Below the pieces are notes generated by a model. That model had not been told where the DNA came from and searched no databases. It saw nothing but the letters and a program-made list of their open reading frames with translations. A stretch of 64,000 nt of DNA from NCBI GenBank assembly GCA_022394755.1, contig JAGFCA010000015.1:44693-108692 (forward strand), read 5' to 3'. The stretch is from Candidatus Poribacteria bacterium. GTDB taxonomy: Bacteria > Poribacteria > WGA-4E > WGA-3G. A program made the position numbers and the translations under genes. Below are positions 40,093 to 50,466 of the stretch, piece by piece; the first letter of the stretch is position 1, and each line of letters opens with the position of its first letter.

Positions 40093-40906
40093 AAATTCTC
40101 AGAAAACCTTTTTTGAAAAAGAAGGTTATCTTATTGTAGAAAACATATTATCACCTGCAGAGATAAAAGAGTGTCAATCAGAAATCCAACGGTTACATGA
40201 GTTCGCTGCAGGTCAAGAATCAGAATCTGATAAAGAACGAGCCGATATTGCAAGAGGACATGTTCAACGTGAACCTTTCGCGAAAGACGAAACACAAGGA
40301 AATCAATTACCAGTTCTTCGGAAAGCAGAAAATACAAGACAATACTCTCAGGTATTTCGTAATTTAGCTCAACATCCCAATCTTGTGGCTGTTCTACAGA
40401 ACTTACTTGGAGAAGACCTACTTCTATTTAGAAGCACTCTTATGTTTAAACCCGCTCTGCACGGCTCATCACACGGGTTACATCAAGATTCTGCATATTG
40501 GCCTATGGAACCACCACGGTTAGTCACGGTTAGTATTGCTCTTAATGATGCAACACCGGAGAATGGATGTTTTAAAGTTGTTCCCCGCAGCCACGAATGG
40601 GGTGTTCAGGAATGGGGTGGAATTGCAAGACAACAAGATGCTGAACTTACTGATCGTGAAGAAGTCGCAAAACAGCAGCTGGATGTTCCTCTCTCAGCTG
40701 GGAGTGCACTGTTTTTCCATAGTCTAATGGTACACGGCTCTGGACCAAACACCACACAACACCCAAGAAATACCGCTCTCTACGCATATTTTTCTCCTGA
40801 GGTACGATATGTAACAAAAGACGGTAAAGGAGAACGCGCATTTCCTGTAATCGCAGGCCTTGACGGAAAAGATGAGATGACCTTCACTGCCCAGAAAGCA
40901 TCATAA
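40085..40906 (+). CDS. Phytanoyl-CoA dioxygenase (PhyH) family protein
   Basis: HQDSAYW, IALNDATPENGC..VPRSH, HGSGPN...R. Confidence 0.9.
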   Translation: MDKNSQKTFFEKEGYLIVENILSPAEIKECQSEIQRLHEFAAGQESESDKERADIARGHVQREPFAKDETQGNQLPVLRKAENTRQYSQVFRNLAQHPNLVAVLQNLLGEDLLLFRSTLMFKPALHGSSHGLHQDSAYWPMEPPRLVTVSIALNDATPENGCFKVVPRSHEWGVQEWGGIARQQDAELTDREEVAKQQLDVPLSAGSALFFHSLMVHGSGPNTTQHPRNTALYAYFSPEVRYVTKDGKGERAFPVIAGLDGKDEMTFTAQKAS

Positions 40907-40989
40907 AGTAACGTGAGTTTGATAATAACGATGAGAACATCATAACTACATAAATTCTTCAGATATAGACCTGATAGGTTCGGTTTCCC

Positions 40990-41271
40990 GGGGAACGCCA
41001 TAAAGCATTCATGCCCGGGAATGTCCTAAGGCATTCATACCGTTGATTCTGATTCACCGAACCATTAGTGTCAATGAAGCGGTAATATAACTTTAATAAA
41101 ATGTCTAAAATGATGTTTTATGTTCAATTCATAGATCTTGAGTCCCGTAGGAACGGAATGTTCATAGAAAATATATTCATAAAAATAACTTGAGTCCCGT
41201 AGGGACGGAATGTTTATAGAAAAATATATTCATATAAAATATCTTGAGTCCCGTAGGGACGGAATGTTTAT
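40990..41271 (+). repeat. Intergenic repeat mosaic: two GGAATG..GCATTCAT hairpins and three tandem GAGTCCCGTAGGGACGGAATG units
   Basis: Units start at 41138, 41190 and 41244 (52 and 54 bp apart). Confidence 0.85.
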
Positions 41272-41539
41272 GGATTCTCGATAAAATAAATATACTATTC
41301 TGTGCTATCAGTCAATAAGACAAATGAACTACGAATCATTGGTAATTGAATGACAATTCTCTTAAATTGACGCTAATAATTAAAATCTCTTTTATTTATC
41401 TTTTTAATGTAGCATAAACTTCCAGTTTGTGTGGTATTTCAAGACTTTTTATAAACTCACTATGGGAAAATCATTTAGAAAAAGTATAATATAGAATTTG
41501 ACTCTTCTAACTCACGTTAACGTAGAATAAAGGGTAACC

Positions 41540-42334
41540 ATGAAAGTCAATTTGGATGAAAACACAGCAATTGTCACTGGCGGAGCACAAGGTATTGGGA
41601 AAGCAATTGTACAATCGCTTGTTGAAAACGGTGCAAGTGTTGCCATTGTTGATATAGATGTACAGTCAGGGAATGAAACTACACAAGAAATCCAAGAAAC
41701 AGGTGGAAAGTGTATCTTTGTTGAGGCAGATGTAGCAAATCCACAACAGATGGAATCAGCTGCAAAAACTATCACATCCGAACTCGGTGACATTCAGATT
41801 CTTATCAATAATGCCGGTATAAATACACGCAGTGAACGGGTTCCAATCCACCAATATACTTTGGACGATTGGCATCGGATTTTGCAAGTTGATCTAACAG
41901 GTGTATTCGTCGTAAGCCGCACAATCATCCCCTACATGCTTAAAAACCCACCAGGACGGATTGTCAACATTAGTTCCATCGCTGGATTAGTTCCACTCCG
42001 CCTCCAAAGTGCCTTCGTCGCTGCTAAAGCTGGGGTTGTAAATCTAACACGGTCAATGGCATTAGAACTCGGTCCACAAGGTATTCTGGTAAATGCAGTA
42101 GCACCAGGGTCTACATTAACTAAAGGTACAAAAGCTCTCTTCTACGGAGAAGATGGTGCATATACAGAAAAGGCTGCAAGCCTACTCTCACACATTCCAC
42201 TCGGTAGACCGGGAAATGTAGAAGAAATAGCTGCAGCCGTTCTATTCTTAGTTGCTCCTGAAGCAAGCTATGTAAATGGAACTATTCTTACAGTCGATGG
42301 TGGATGGACAGCAGGTTATACTCGAGACTGGTAA
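41540..42334 (+). CDS. Short-chain dehydrogenase/reductase
   Basis: TGGAQGIG, NNAG, SS; catalytic YxxxK appears as FVAAK. Confidence 0.9.
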   Translation: MKVNLDENTAIVTGGAQGIGKAIVQSLVENGASVAIVDIDVQSGNETTQEIQETGGKCIFVEADVANPQQMESAAKTITSELGDIQILINNAGINTRSERVPIHQYTLDDWHRILQVDLTGVFVVSRTIIPYMLKNPPGRIVNISSIAGLVPLRLQSAFVAAKAGVVNLTRSMALELGPQGILVNAVAPGSTLTKGTKALFYGEDGAYTEKAASLLSHIPLGRPGNVEEIAAAVLFLVAPEASYVNGTILTVDGGWTAGYTRDW

Positions 42335-42361
42335 GCAATGATGTGTTCTTGTTCCCTTAAT

Positions 42362-42778
42362 TTAGGGATTCGGCGGAGAAGTGCAAATCAAAACTTCCAG
42401 TGTTTCATCACTCGTGTTTTCTATACCATGTTCACACCAGGGAGGCAAGTGAATAAAAGTTCCGGCCTTCACTGGAACTTTTTCATCAGCAATAGTCATA
42501 GTGCCTTCACCACGAATGATCACATAACACTCCTCAGTATGATGGCTACCCGGTTCCAATACCACATGAGGTGGTACAAAAAACATCACCATCCCTAAGT
42601 TCTCTGCAGGTGCTTTCGGATTAGCCGGATGAACAACCCGTACCCCAATCCCATCACAACCCGGATATTTTACCGGCACACCATCCTGAACAGTCACGAC
42701 GTTTGCTTTAACCTGTCCTTTAGGTTTGGATACTGGCGGTTCTCCTTCGTACCCTTTAAACATTTTTATTTTTGCCAT
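42362..42778 (-). CDS. Cupin domain protein
   Basis: HHTEECYVIIRGEG...AGTFIHLPPWCEHGIEN. Confidence 0.85.
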   Translation of the reverse strand: MAKIKMFKGYEGEPPVSKPKGQVKANVVTVQDGVPVKYPGCDGIGVRVVHPANPKAPAENLGMVMFFVPPHVVLEPGSHHTEECYVIIRGEGTMTIADEKVPVKAGTFIHLPPWCEHGIENTSDETLEVLICTSPPNP

Positions 42779-42805
42779 CAGATTACCTCAAGGTAGAAGA
42801 TAAAA

Positions 42806-43555
42806 TTACGCCACAACACTGTTACGTAAAACACCTATACCATCAATTTCTACCTCAACAACATCTCCAGATTTCAGGGCTGTTGTTGTTCCGGGAGTTC
42901 CTGTGTATATCGCATCACCAGGTTCCAGTGTTATTGCCTGAGAAATGAAACTCACAATTTCTGGTACCGGAAAAATTAGATCTGCTGTTGTCTGAGACTG
43001 AACAACATCACCATTGATTCGTGTTTCCAATTGAAGATCACTATAGTCAATATCTGTCACAACAACCGGTCCCATAGGTCCAAAAGTATCGGATGCTTTC
43101 GCACGCCACCATTGCAAATCGTTCTTCTGCCAAGTTCGTGCACTCACATCATTTCCACAAGACACACCCAATATATTTGCAGCAGCTTCATCAGGAGATG
43201 CTTTAGATGTACGTTCTTTAATTATAACAACCAATTCACCTTCTGCATGCACATCATCATCCCCATCTGGAAGTACAATATCACCTTCAGGATCATTAAT
43301 ACATGAAGGGGTTTTGATAAAAATCTCAGGATTCTTCGGTTCAGGTGCATCCCCTAAATGACTTCGATAATTCAATCCAACTGCCAATACTTTCGATGGT
43401 TTTGTTGGTGCAAGAAGTTTTACATCTTCTATAGATATAGATTCCCCAGTTTCCTTGAAATCCGTAAACGGACATGCATCCAATTTTTGTATCTTATTAC
43501 CATCAACAATTCCATATTCAACATTTCCATTCAAGTCATATCGAGCTAATTTCAT
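42806..43555 (-). CDS. Fumarylacetoacetate hydrolase family protein
   Basis: KVLAVGLNY..H, EGELVV, NDVSAR, TLEPGD.I.TGTP. Confidence 0.92.
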   Translation of the reverse strand: MKLARYDLNGNVEYGIVDGNKIQKLDACPFTDFKETGESISIEDVKLLAPTKPSKVLAVGLNYRSHLGDAPEPKNPEIFIKTPSCINDPEGDIVLPDGDDDVHAEGELVVIIKERTSKASPDEAAANILGVSCGNDVSARTWQKNDLQWWRAKASDTFGPMGPVVVTDIDYSDLQLETRINGDVVQSQTTADLIFPVPEIVSFISQAITLEPGDAIYTGTPGTTTALKSGDVVEVEIDGIGVLRNSVVA

Positions 43556-43617
43556 ATATATTCCTCCGTTCCTATTCTCACATATATATACCCTTTTGTC
43601 AATAACTCATGCGATAT

Positions 43618-44054
43618 GGGGTATGTAAACTTTTTGTCACTATACAACAGTGCTTTTTCCACCTACTTTAGTTTGGAAAATTTCAGATAGGGGACAACCT
43701 AAGTTCAATGTGTTCTGGTTTTTCGATATTTTACTCACAACAATCTAATCAAAAAGAAATTTGGATTATATAAACGGTTGCCCCGGAGGGGCGAAATGTG
43801 TGTAGAAACGCCAAACATTCACAACATATAAGCTCCGGAGGCGCGAAATGTGTGTAGTCCTATTCAGATTCGTGGAAAAAACAATAAATGTAGCAAGTCC
43901 GCTTTTCCGTGTAATCCTGTAGAATCAGCGATTCTAAAAAGAAAGCCATCCACACCCAAAAACCCTCTTTTCCGCGTAATCCGCGTATTCCGCGTAATCC
44001 GCGATTCAGACAAATGAAATGAACAATTATAGTGACAAAAATTTTACACACCCC
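43618..44054. mobile_element. MITE-like element with 27-bp TIRs carrying nested repeats
   Basis: Left GGGGTATGTAAACTTTTTGTCACTATA vs right (reverse complement) GGGGTGTGTAAAATTTTTGTCACTATA, 25/27 identical; no clear TSD. Confidence 0.7.
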
Positions 44055-44064
44055 TCATAAAACA

Positions 44065-44093
44065 TTGACTTTTCTATCTCTACGAGTTAGAAT
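44065..44093 (+). promoter_or_regulatory. sigma70 promoter of argC-lpxB-lpxK
   Basis: TTGACT-17 bp-TAGAAT. Confidence 0.6.
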
Positions 44094-44127
44094 ATAATAT
44101 AGAAATTTATATGATGGTAGTTGTAGT

Positions 44128-45171
44128 ATGACAAAGATAGGAATCGTCGGGGCATCCGGCTATAGTGGTAGTGAATTATTAAGATTTTTGGTTAACCATT
44201 CAGGTCAACTAAAGGTAGAACTTGCCACGTCAGAAACATACGCTGGACAACGGGTTGAATCCGTACTACCACACCTACGAGATTTCATCGATCTTGAATT
44301 TGAACCGTTAGAGATCGAAACACTGAAAAAACGTGTGGATGTAGTTGTTTTAGCTGTACCCCATAAAGTTGCAATGACATACACACCCCAAATCTTAGCA
44401 CAAGACTTACGAGTAGTTGATTTTAGTGCTGACTACCGATTGAATAATGCTCAAACATATAGCGATTGGTATCACACTGAACATACCAGTCCTGATCTAT
44501 TCCAAAATGCTGTTTACGGTTTACCTGAACGTTATCGTGAAAAAATTCGGGATGCACAACTCGTTGCAAACCCAGGGTGTTACCCTACCAGTGCTATACT
44601 TGCCACACTACCATTACTTAACAATAGACTCATTGAATTGGATTCTATAATTGTTGATTCAAAATCTGGTATATCCGGGGCAGGACCAAAACCCAAAGAT
44701 ACCACCCATTACCCAAATAGAGAATCAAATCTTGTTGCATACAATATAGGGAAACATCGCCATACTCCTGAGATTGAACAAGAACTAAGCGCAATTGCAG
44801 GGGAATCAATTTCTGTTACCTTTACACCACATTTAGTACCAATGACACGCGGTATTCTCAGTACGGTTTACGCTCGATTGAAACAACCCATTGACACTGA
44901 GAAAGCCCTTGATATATATAATGACTTCTACCAGAGTGAACCATTCATCCGTGTTCTCAACATAGACGAATACCCCCAAACCAAATCTGTACTTGGCAGT
45001 AATTATTGTGATGTTGGAATTGAAGTAGACAAACGAACACAACGTATTGTTGCTATGGCTGCTATAGATAATCTTGGTAAAGGTGCTGCGGGTGCTGCCG
45101 TTCAAAATCTCAACCTTATGTTTGGTTGTGATGAAACTGACGGACTAAAATCCCCAGGGCTTATGCCTTAG
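44128..45171 (+). CDS. argC: N-acetyl-gamma-glutamyl-phosphate reductase
   Basis: VGASGYSG, DFSADYR, ANPGCYPT, HRHTPEIEQ, DNLGKGAAG. Confidence 0.96.
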   Translation: MTKIGIVGASGYSGSELLRFLVNHSGQLKVELATSETYAGQRVESVLPHLRDFIDLEFEPLEIETLKKRVDVVVLAVPHKVAMTYTPQILAQDLRVVDFSADYRLNNAQTYSDWYHTEHTSPDLFQNAVYGLPERYREKIRDAQLVANPGCYPTSAILATLPLLNNRLIELDSIIVDSKSGISGAGPKPKDTTHYPNRESNLVAYNIGKHRHTPEIEQELSAIAGESISVTFTPHLVPMTRGILSTVYARLKQPIDTEKALDIYNDFYQSEPFIRVLNIDEYPQTKSVLGSNYCDVGIEVDKRTQRIVAMAAIDNLGKGAAGAAVQNLNLMFGCDETDGLKSPGLMP

Positions 45172-45219
45172 TTTCCTTTCCAAACATTCGGAGTTCACCA
45201 TTACCCACCTATTATCCTA

Positions 45220-46368
45220 ATGGAACTAATGATTGTCGCTGGTGAACCCTCCGGCGACCTACACGCCTCACACGTCGTAACTGCCCTCAAGAAACAAGAT
45301 ACCAATATCACAATCTACGGTATGGGTGGGGATATGATGGAAAAATCAGGTGTGTCTCTGGATATCCACATCAAAGATTCCGCTGTCATGGGAATCTTAG
45401 AAGCCGTTACTGTTCTCCCAAAATTCCTAAAAAAACTCTCAATATTAAAAAAACGATTACGAGAAAATCGTCCTGATGTTCTGCTACTCATTGATTTTGC
45501 TGAGTTCAATACACCATTAGCAAAATATGCTCATAAATTAAATATTAAGATTGTCTATTATATTCCACCAAAAGCATGGGCATGGCGTCCGGGTAGGGCA
45601 AAAAAGATTGCTCGACGCACAGATGTTGTTGCTTCTATCTTTCCTTTTGAAATGGAATTCTATAAAAATGCTGGGGCAACTGTTGAATTCGTTGGACATC
45701 CTTTAGTTGACTTTGCTTATACAGATCTCTCAATACAACAAGCACGTGAAAAATTAGAATTACAAAAGGATACCGATGTGATAGGCTTAATGCCTGGAAG
45801 TAGACGATCAGAAGTCCAACGCATCCTACCGATTATGTTTGAAGCGGCATCCCAGATCCATCGGAAATATCCTGAGATTAAATGGATACTCCCAAAAGCA
45901 CCAGGGATCTCAAATCAACAGATTGAATCATGTAAAATGGGAATTAACGGTATACCTGAGATTAAATTGATAGAAAAAAATACTTACAATGCCATGCGTG
46001 CAGCAACACTCATGTTAGTAACCTCTGGAACAGCAACACTTGAAACCGCATGTATTGGCACACCGATGATTATACTCTATCGCACTTCAAAGTTGAACTG
46101 GAAGATTGTAAACTGGTTAACACATTTAGAACATAGTGGTTTACCCAACCTAATAGCAGGTGAACGCATTGTACCAGAATTACTACAAGAAGATTTATCT
46201 GTAAAAAGTCTGACTGACCATACAATTAACCTAATACAAAATCCAAATGAACGTGAAAAACAAAAAACTACTCTAAAACATGTTTATGACCAGTTAGGGG
46301 AATCTGGTGTTGCAGAAAAAACTGCACAGATAATTTTACACCAGGCTGCATCGATAACGAATACCTAA
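45220..46368 (+). CDS. lpxB: Lipid-A-disaccharide synthase
   Basis: AGEPSGD, WAWRPGR, FPFE, FVGHPL, PGSRRSE, SGTATLE. Confidence 0.95.
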   Translation: MELMIVAGEPSGDLHASHVVTALKKQDTNITIYGMGGDMMEKSGVSLDIHIKDSAVMGILEAVTVLPKFLKKLSILKKRLRENRPDVLLLIDFAEFNTPLAKYAHKLNIKIVYYIPPKAWAWRPGRAKKIARRTDVVASIFPFEMEFYKNAGATVEFVGHPLVDFAYTDLSIQQAREKLELQKDTDVIGLMPGSRRSEVQRILPIMFEAASQIHRKYPEIKWILPKAPGISNQQIESCKMGINGIPEIKLIEKNTYNAMRAATLMLVTSGTATLETACIGTPMIILYRTSKLNWKIVNWLTHLEHSGLPNLIAGERIVPELLQEDLSVKSLTDHTINLIQNPNEREKQKTTLKHVYDQLGESGVAEKTAQIILHQAASITNT

Positions 46369-46370
46369 CA

Positions 46371-47483
46371 ATGAAACATATCATCTATTCATTCATTACA
46401 ACAAAACATCCCGGACCCTTTATCTCCCTATTCCGTATACTACTCACTCCATTAAAATGGCTGTATGTAACAATAATCTACATACGAAATCTCTGTTACG
46501 ATCTCGGAATATCCAAACAAACACAATTACCATGTACCGTAATTAGTATTGGAAATATTGTTGTGGGTGGAACAGGTAAAACACCCGCTACTGCTACAAT
46601 AGCAAATCTACTACATAAAAAAGGATATAAGGTAGTTATTCTACTACGCGGTTATGGAAGAAGTAGTTCAGAAAAGATTTCGATTGTTTCGGATGGCGAA
46701 AAATGTTTATGCTCAAGAATAGAAAGTGGTGATGAGGCATACTTACTTGCACACCAACTTAATGGTATACCGATTATCGTCGGCAAAAACCGATTTGATA
46801 CTGGTAAGATAGCCTATGACCACTTTAATTGTGATATTATTCTATTGGATGACGGATATCAACATCGCAAATTGACAAGAGATATTGATATTCTAACAAT
46901 TGATGCGACACAACCTTTTGGTACAGGAACACTACTACCAATAGGCACACTCCGTGAACCAATATCATCACTAAAACGGGCAAGTATCATTTTATTAACT
47001 CGGACTGACTCACCACACAAACCTATTGAGGACTTGAAGAATGAGATTAAACGGTATATTCCAAATTCCTCTATCTTAGATAGTATACACCATCCAACGT
47101 CATTATATGAGTTAGGAAATCATAATTGGAAAAATGATGAGTCACAAACTATTCCATTGAAGGAATTAGAAGACAAACGGATTTTGGCGGTGTGTGGTAT
47201 CGGTAACCCCGATGCATTTAAGAGTACAATACAATCCTTAAATCCGGAAAGCATTCAGTTGATACCATTCCCTGACCACCATATCTATTCTGATTCAGAT
47301 ATAGAAAAAATAGTACAGAAATCTAAACAGGTCAACGCTCAATGGGTTGTTACCACCCAAAAGGATGAAGATAAATTGGCAACGCTATCACAACATATTC
47401 CGGTTTTCGTTTTATCAATTGAACTCATATTCACTGATGGAAAAGAAGTATTACTCAATGAATTGCAGGCTATAATCCATTGA
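46371..47483 (+). CDS. lpxK: Tetraacyldisaccharide 4'-kinase
   Basis: GNIVVGGTGKTP, RGYG, GDE, LDDGYQH, GTLRE, FPDHH. Confidence 0.95.
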   Translation: MKHIIYSFITTKHPGPFISLFRILLTPLKWLYVTIIYIRNLCYDLGISKQTQLPCTVISIGNIVVGGTGKTPATATIANLLHKKGYKVVILLRGYGRSSSEKISIVSDGEKCLCSRIESGDEAYLLAHQLNGIPIIVGKNRFDTGKIAYDHFNCDIILLDDGYQHRKLTRDIDILTIDATQPFGTGTLLPIGTLREPISSLKRASIILLTRTDSPHKPIEDLKNEIKRYIPNSSILDSIHHPTSLYELGNHNWKNDESQTIPLKELEDKRILAVCGIGNPDAFKSTIQSLNPESIQLIPFPDHHIYSDSDIEKIVQKSKQVNAQWVVTTQKDEDKLATLSQHIPVFVLSIELIFTDGKEVLLNELQAIIH

Positions 47484-47555
47484 ATAAGACTTACGCATTT
47501 CCATTTAAAATCCCTCTGATAAGGGATTTAGGGTAAAAGGAGTAAATTCTGCCAT

Positions 47556-47883
47556 ATCTGATTGATTAAAAAAATAATCTTTCTCTAAACTCCGTACTTC
47601 TTGACATTGAGTCCTGTAAGGACGATATGTTTATAGCAAAAGAGTAAATCCTAATCTGATTGATTAAAAAAAATAATCTTTCTCTAAACTCCGTACTTCT
47701 TGACATTGAGTCACATAGGGACGATATGTTTATAGCAAAAGAGTAAATCCTAATCTGATTGATTAAAAAAATAATCTTTCTCTAAACTCCGTACTTCTTG
47801 ACATTGAGTCCTGTAGGGACGATATGTTTATAGCAAAAGAGTAAATCCTAATAATTGAGTCCCATAGGGACGATATGTTTATA
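47556..47883 (+). repeat. Tandem array of three 98-99-bp units plus a partial fourth hairpin unit
   Basis: Units start at 47556, 47654 and 47753; each contains TTGAGTCc..AGGGACGATATGTTTATAG. Confidence 0.92.
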
Positions 47884-48018
47884 AAAACTAATTACACTTT
47901 ATTCTCAAGAATACAGTGATATGGAGAGGAATGGCTTTCTAATACCATTTCAAATAAATAATATGTCATTACAAAATTTCTATGGAATTGAATATTATTG
48001 GAATCTATCTTCTGTAGG

Positions 48019-48170
48019 CGGGGAATGCCTTATGGCTTTCATACCGTTGATTCCAGATCTCCGAATCCCGAATCCTTTCTTTCCAAAAGCCTCGGAGAGG
48101 CGAAAGGTGTGTAGAAAACATCCTTATACGAATACTACTAAAGCCCTGGAGGGGCGAAAGGTGTGTTACA
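48019..48170 (+). repeat. GGAATGCC hairpin plus GCCCC-GGA-GGGGCGAAA doublet
   Basis: Doublet copies at 48089 and 48143; the same families occur at 43780, 56004 and 57900. Confidence 0.75.
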
Positions 48171-48347
48171 TTATACCATTTCTAATTGAAAATATTGCTT
48201 TATTGTAGCACATTCTTCCAGATTGTACCCTTCCCCGCTTCAATTCTAAACAGTCCGTAATGAGAGAATAATTAATAGAAACGGTCTAAGTTCTGATTTC
48301 CTTTCTACTCAATTTGCATTAATCCCAATAGACAATAATTACGTGAC

Positions 48348-49250
48348 TTACGGTAAAGGTTCACCCTCTTGCGATGTCATTTCAGCATAGAGATCCTGCA
48401 ATCGTTTCGTCATCTCACCTGGATTACCCGTTCCAATCTGCCTACCATCCACTTCTAATACAGGACTCAACTCACCGACTGTTCCTGTGGTAAACATCTC
48501 ATCTGCTGTATATACCTCAGTCAATGACACATTCCGTTCTATCATAGGAATCTGTGCGTTCTTAGCAAGTGTGATAACGTTACCACGTGTTATACCAGGT
48601 AAACAACTATCTGCATGAGGTGTGATAACTTCACCACGTTTGATTATAAAGATATTTGTTGCATTCGTTTCTGATACAAAACCAAAAATATCAAGCATTA
48701 TCGCATCGTCCACACCAGCAACATTTGCCTCTATTTTAGCAAGTATGTTGTTTATCAAATTGTTGTGATGAATTTTGGAATCAATACATTGTGCCGTATT
48801 TCGACGTACAGCAGATGTAATCAAACGTACACCTGTACTTGCATATATTGGTGGCTTCCATTCTGCTAAAACAATAAGACATGTACCATACTGATTCACC
48901 TGCGGGTTCATACTTGAAGTAACCTTCTTACCTCTACTGAGGGTAAGACGGATATGTACTTCATCACGCATACCATTTGCTTCTAATGTCTCAAAAATAG
49001 CCTTTTTGATTTCATCACGTGATGGAATACCTTCAAAAGCCATTGCATGGGCAGAATCAATTAATCTATCAAGGTGTGGATCTAAGGCAAAGATCTTTCC
49101 TTTATAAATCCGCAACCCCTCCCAAACTCCGTCTCCTCCTTGAACAAGACTATCAAATACGGATATTTTCGCTTCTTCACGGGGCAACAATTCCCCGCCA
49201 ACATGAATTAATATATTCTCATTTCGAGAATCAGGTAATTGTGGTTTCAT
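48348..49250 (-). CDS. ilvE: Class IV PLP aminotransferase (branched-chain amino acid aminotransferase-like)
   Basis: AKISVFD...GDGVWEGLR, HLDRL, ETNATNIF, LPGITR, ADEMFTTGT. Confidence 0.85.
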   Translation of the reverse strand: MKPQLPDSRNENILIHVGGELLPREEAKISVFDSLVQGGDGVWEGLRIYKGKIFALDPHLDRLIDSAHAMAFEGIPSRDEIKKAIFETLEANGMRDEVHIRLTLSRGKKVTSSMNPQVNQYGTCLIVLAEWKPPIYASTGVRLITSAVRRNTAQCIDSKIHHNNLINNILAKIEANVAGVDDAIMLDIFGFVSETNATNIFIIKRGEVITPHADSCLPGITRGNVITLAKNAQIPMIERNVSLTEVYTADEMFTTGTVGELSPVLEVDGRQIGTGNPGEMTKRLQDLYAEMTSQEGEPLP

Positions 49251-49380
49251 TTACTCTCCTAATTTATTACAAACTATAGGAAACCTGGGCTTATCAGGGG
49301 CTTTTGCCGTCCCAGGACAAAACACAAAAAGTAGATACCTATAAGGATACTTACCTGTGTTTGAAATCGGTTTTTGTTTT

Positions 49381-50397
49381 CTACTGTGCCAATTCTTGCT
49401 TCAAATATCCCCAGCGAGTCGTCACTTTATCCAGTGGAGATACTGCAAGTGTCCCTTCAACCCAATGCGGAAAGTAAGCATGCCCTTGTGGAAAATTGGT
49501 GAGTTTCGTCATCCGACGGCTATTCAGATCATACCGATAGATATTACGGGCGCCCCCCGCTTCTTGATATGAAAGCAGCGCTGTGTTATCATCCCCCATC
49601 CACGCTAAACCGCCCACTTGACCATATTTTCCCTCCGGTATCGGAAGATTGTGGACATCGCGCATCCCCGTGGACACCTTATGAACTATAATCCGCCCCG
49701 CTACGGGCTTCAGATCTACTTCATAATACATAATGTATCTACCGGAGGGGGACCAACACACATAACCAAGGACAGTAGGGGAGGCAGGGACAGGGATGAT
49801 CTGTTCTTTTTTTCCACCATTGACATTCATGACCCAAATAGCTTGTCCATTGTGATAAACAATCCGACTGCCGTCAGGAGACCACCTTGGGGCTTGGGTA
49901 AACCCACCTTCTATTTTGTTATTTGTCAGCGCGGTGAGTTTGTCACGTGCTAAGTCGTAGGTGTAAATATCTAATTCTCCTGTCCGGTAACTGTCAAAAA
50001 CGATGTGCCTACCATCTGGAGAGGTGTCAGGCCTTTTATCTGTTCGATGACGGTTCACCATAAAACTGTGTTCATTACGTCCTGTATCATCTATGATGAA
50101 TAACTCACGATTCATTACGTCAACTGTGTTCATTCTTCCTTTTCCCCAGTCTCTTTCGAACACAATCCGTTTTCCATCAGGAAACCATCGCGACGATATA
50201 TCATAATGATGAGAGGGCGTAATTCTGCGTAAGTTACTGCCGTCATCCTCCATGGCGTAAATATGATAGAATTTATCTCCCATATGCTTCTGTTTCGCAT
50301 CAAACACTATTTTAGCATGAACGTTCAACGCATAAAACAATAAAATCGTAAGACAGATACACACATGCCCCCGTTGTCCGTTGTGTTTCATTTTCAT
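49381..50397 (-). CDS. Secreted TolB-like (PD40) beta-propeller protein with conserved C-terminal motif
   Basis: Repeated W(S/F)PDG motifs; signal peptide; C-terminus AVSPLDKVTTRWGYLK. Confidence 0.85.
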   Translation of the reverse strand: MKMKHNGQRGHVCICLTILLFYALNVHAKIVFDAKQKHMGDKFYHIYAMEDDGSNLRRITPSHHYDISSRWFPDGKRIVFERDWGKGRMNTVDVMNRELFIIDDTGRNEHSFMVNRHRTDKRPDTSPDGRHIVFDSYRTGELDIYTYDLARDKLTALTNNKIEGGFTQAPRWSPDGSRIVYHNGQAIWVMNVNGGKKEQIIPVPASPTVLGYVCWSPSGRYIMYYEVDLKPVAGRIIVHKVSTGMRDVHNLPIPEGKYGQVGGLAWMGDDNTALLSYQEAGGARNIYRYDLNSRRMTKLTNFPQGHAYFPHWVEGTLAVSPLDKVTTRWGYLKQELAQ

Positions 50398-50466
50398 GGC
50401 ATGGCTCCTTTAGTGAGTCTGCAGGTGTCTTTCTCAAAACCCCTGCAGACAATAGAATCGCAAAAG

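Noticed and set aside
41136-41271. CRISPR-like mini array (also 47556..47883)
   Set aside because: The would-be spacers are near-identical within each array and no cas genes are present, so these are tandem duplications.
47598-47640. Hammerhead ribozyme resemblance of GAGTCCC..GGGACGA
   Set aside because: It looks like stem II, but the CUGAnGA core is absent and this family has GGAA/GATA instead of GAAA.
49283-49320. Integron attC site or c-di-GMP riboswitch
   Set aside because: No RYYYAAC/GTTRRRY core pair, no integrase, and no full two-hairpin GEMM pattern.
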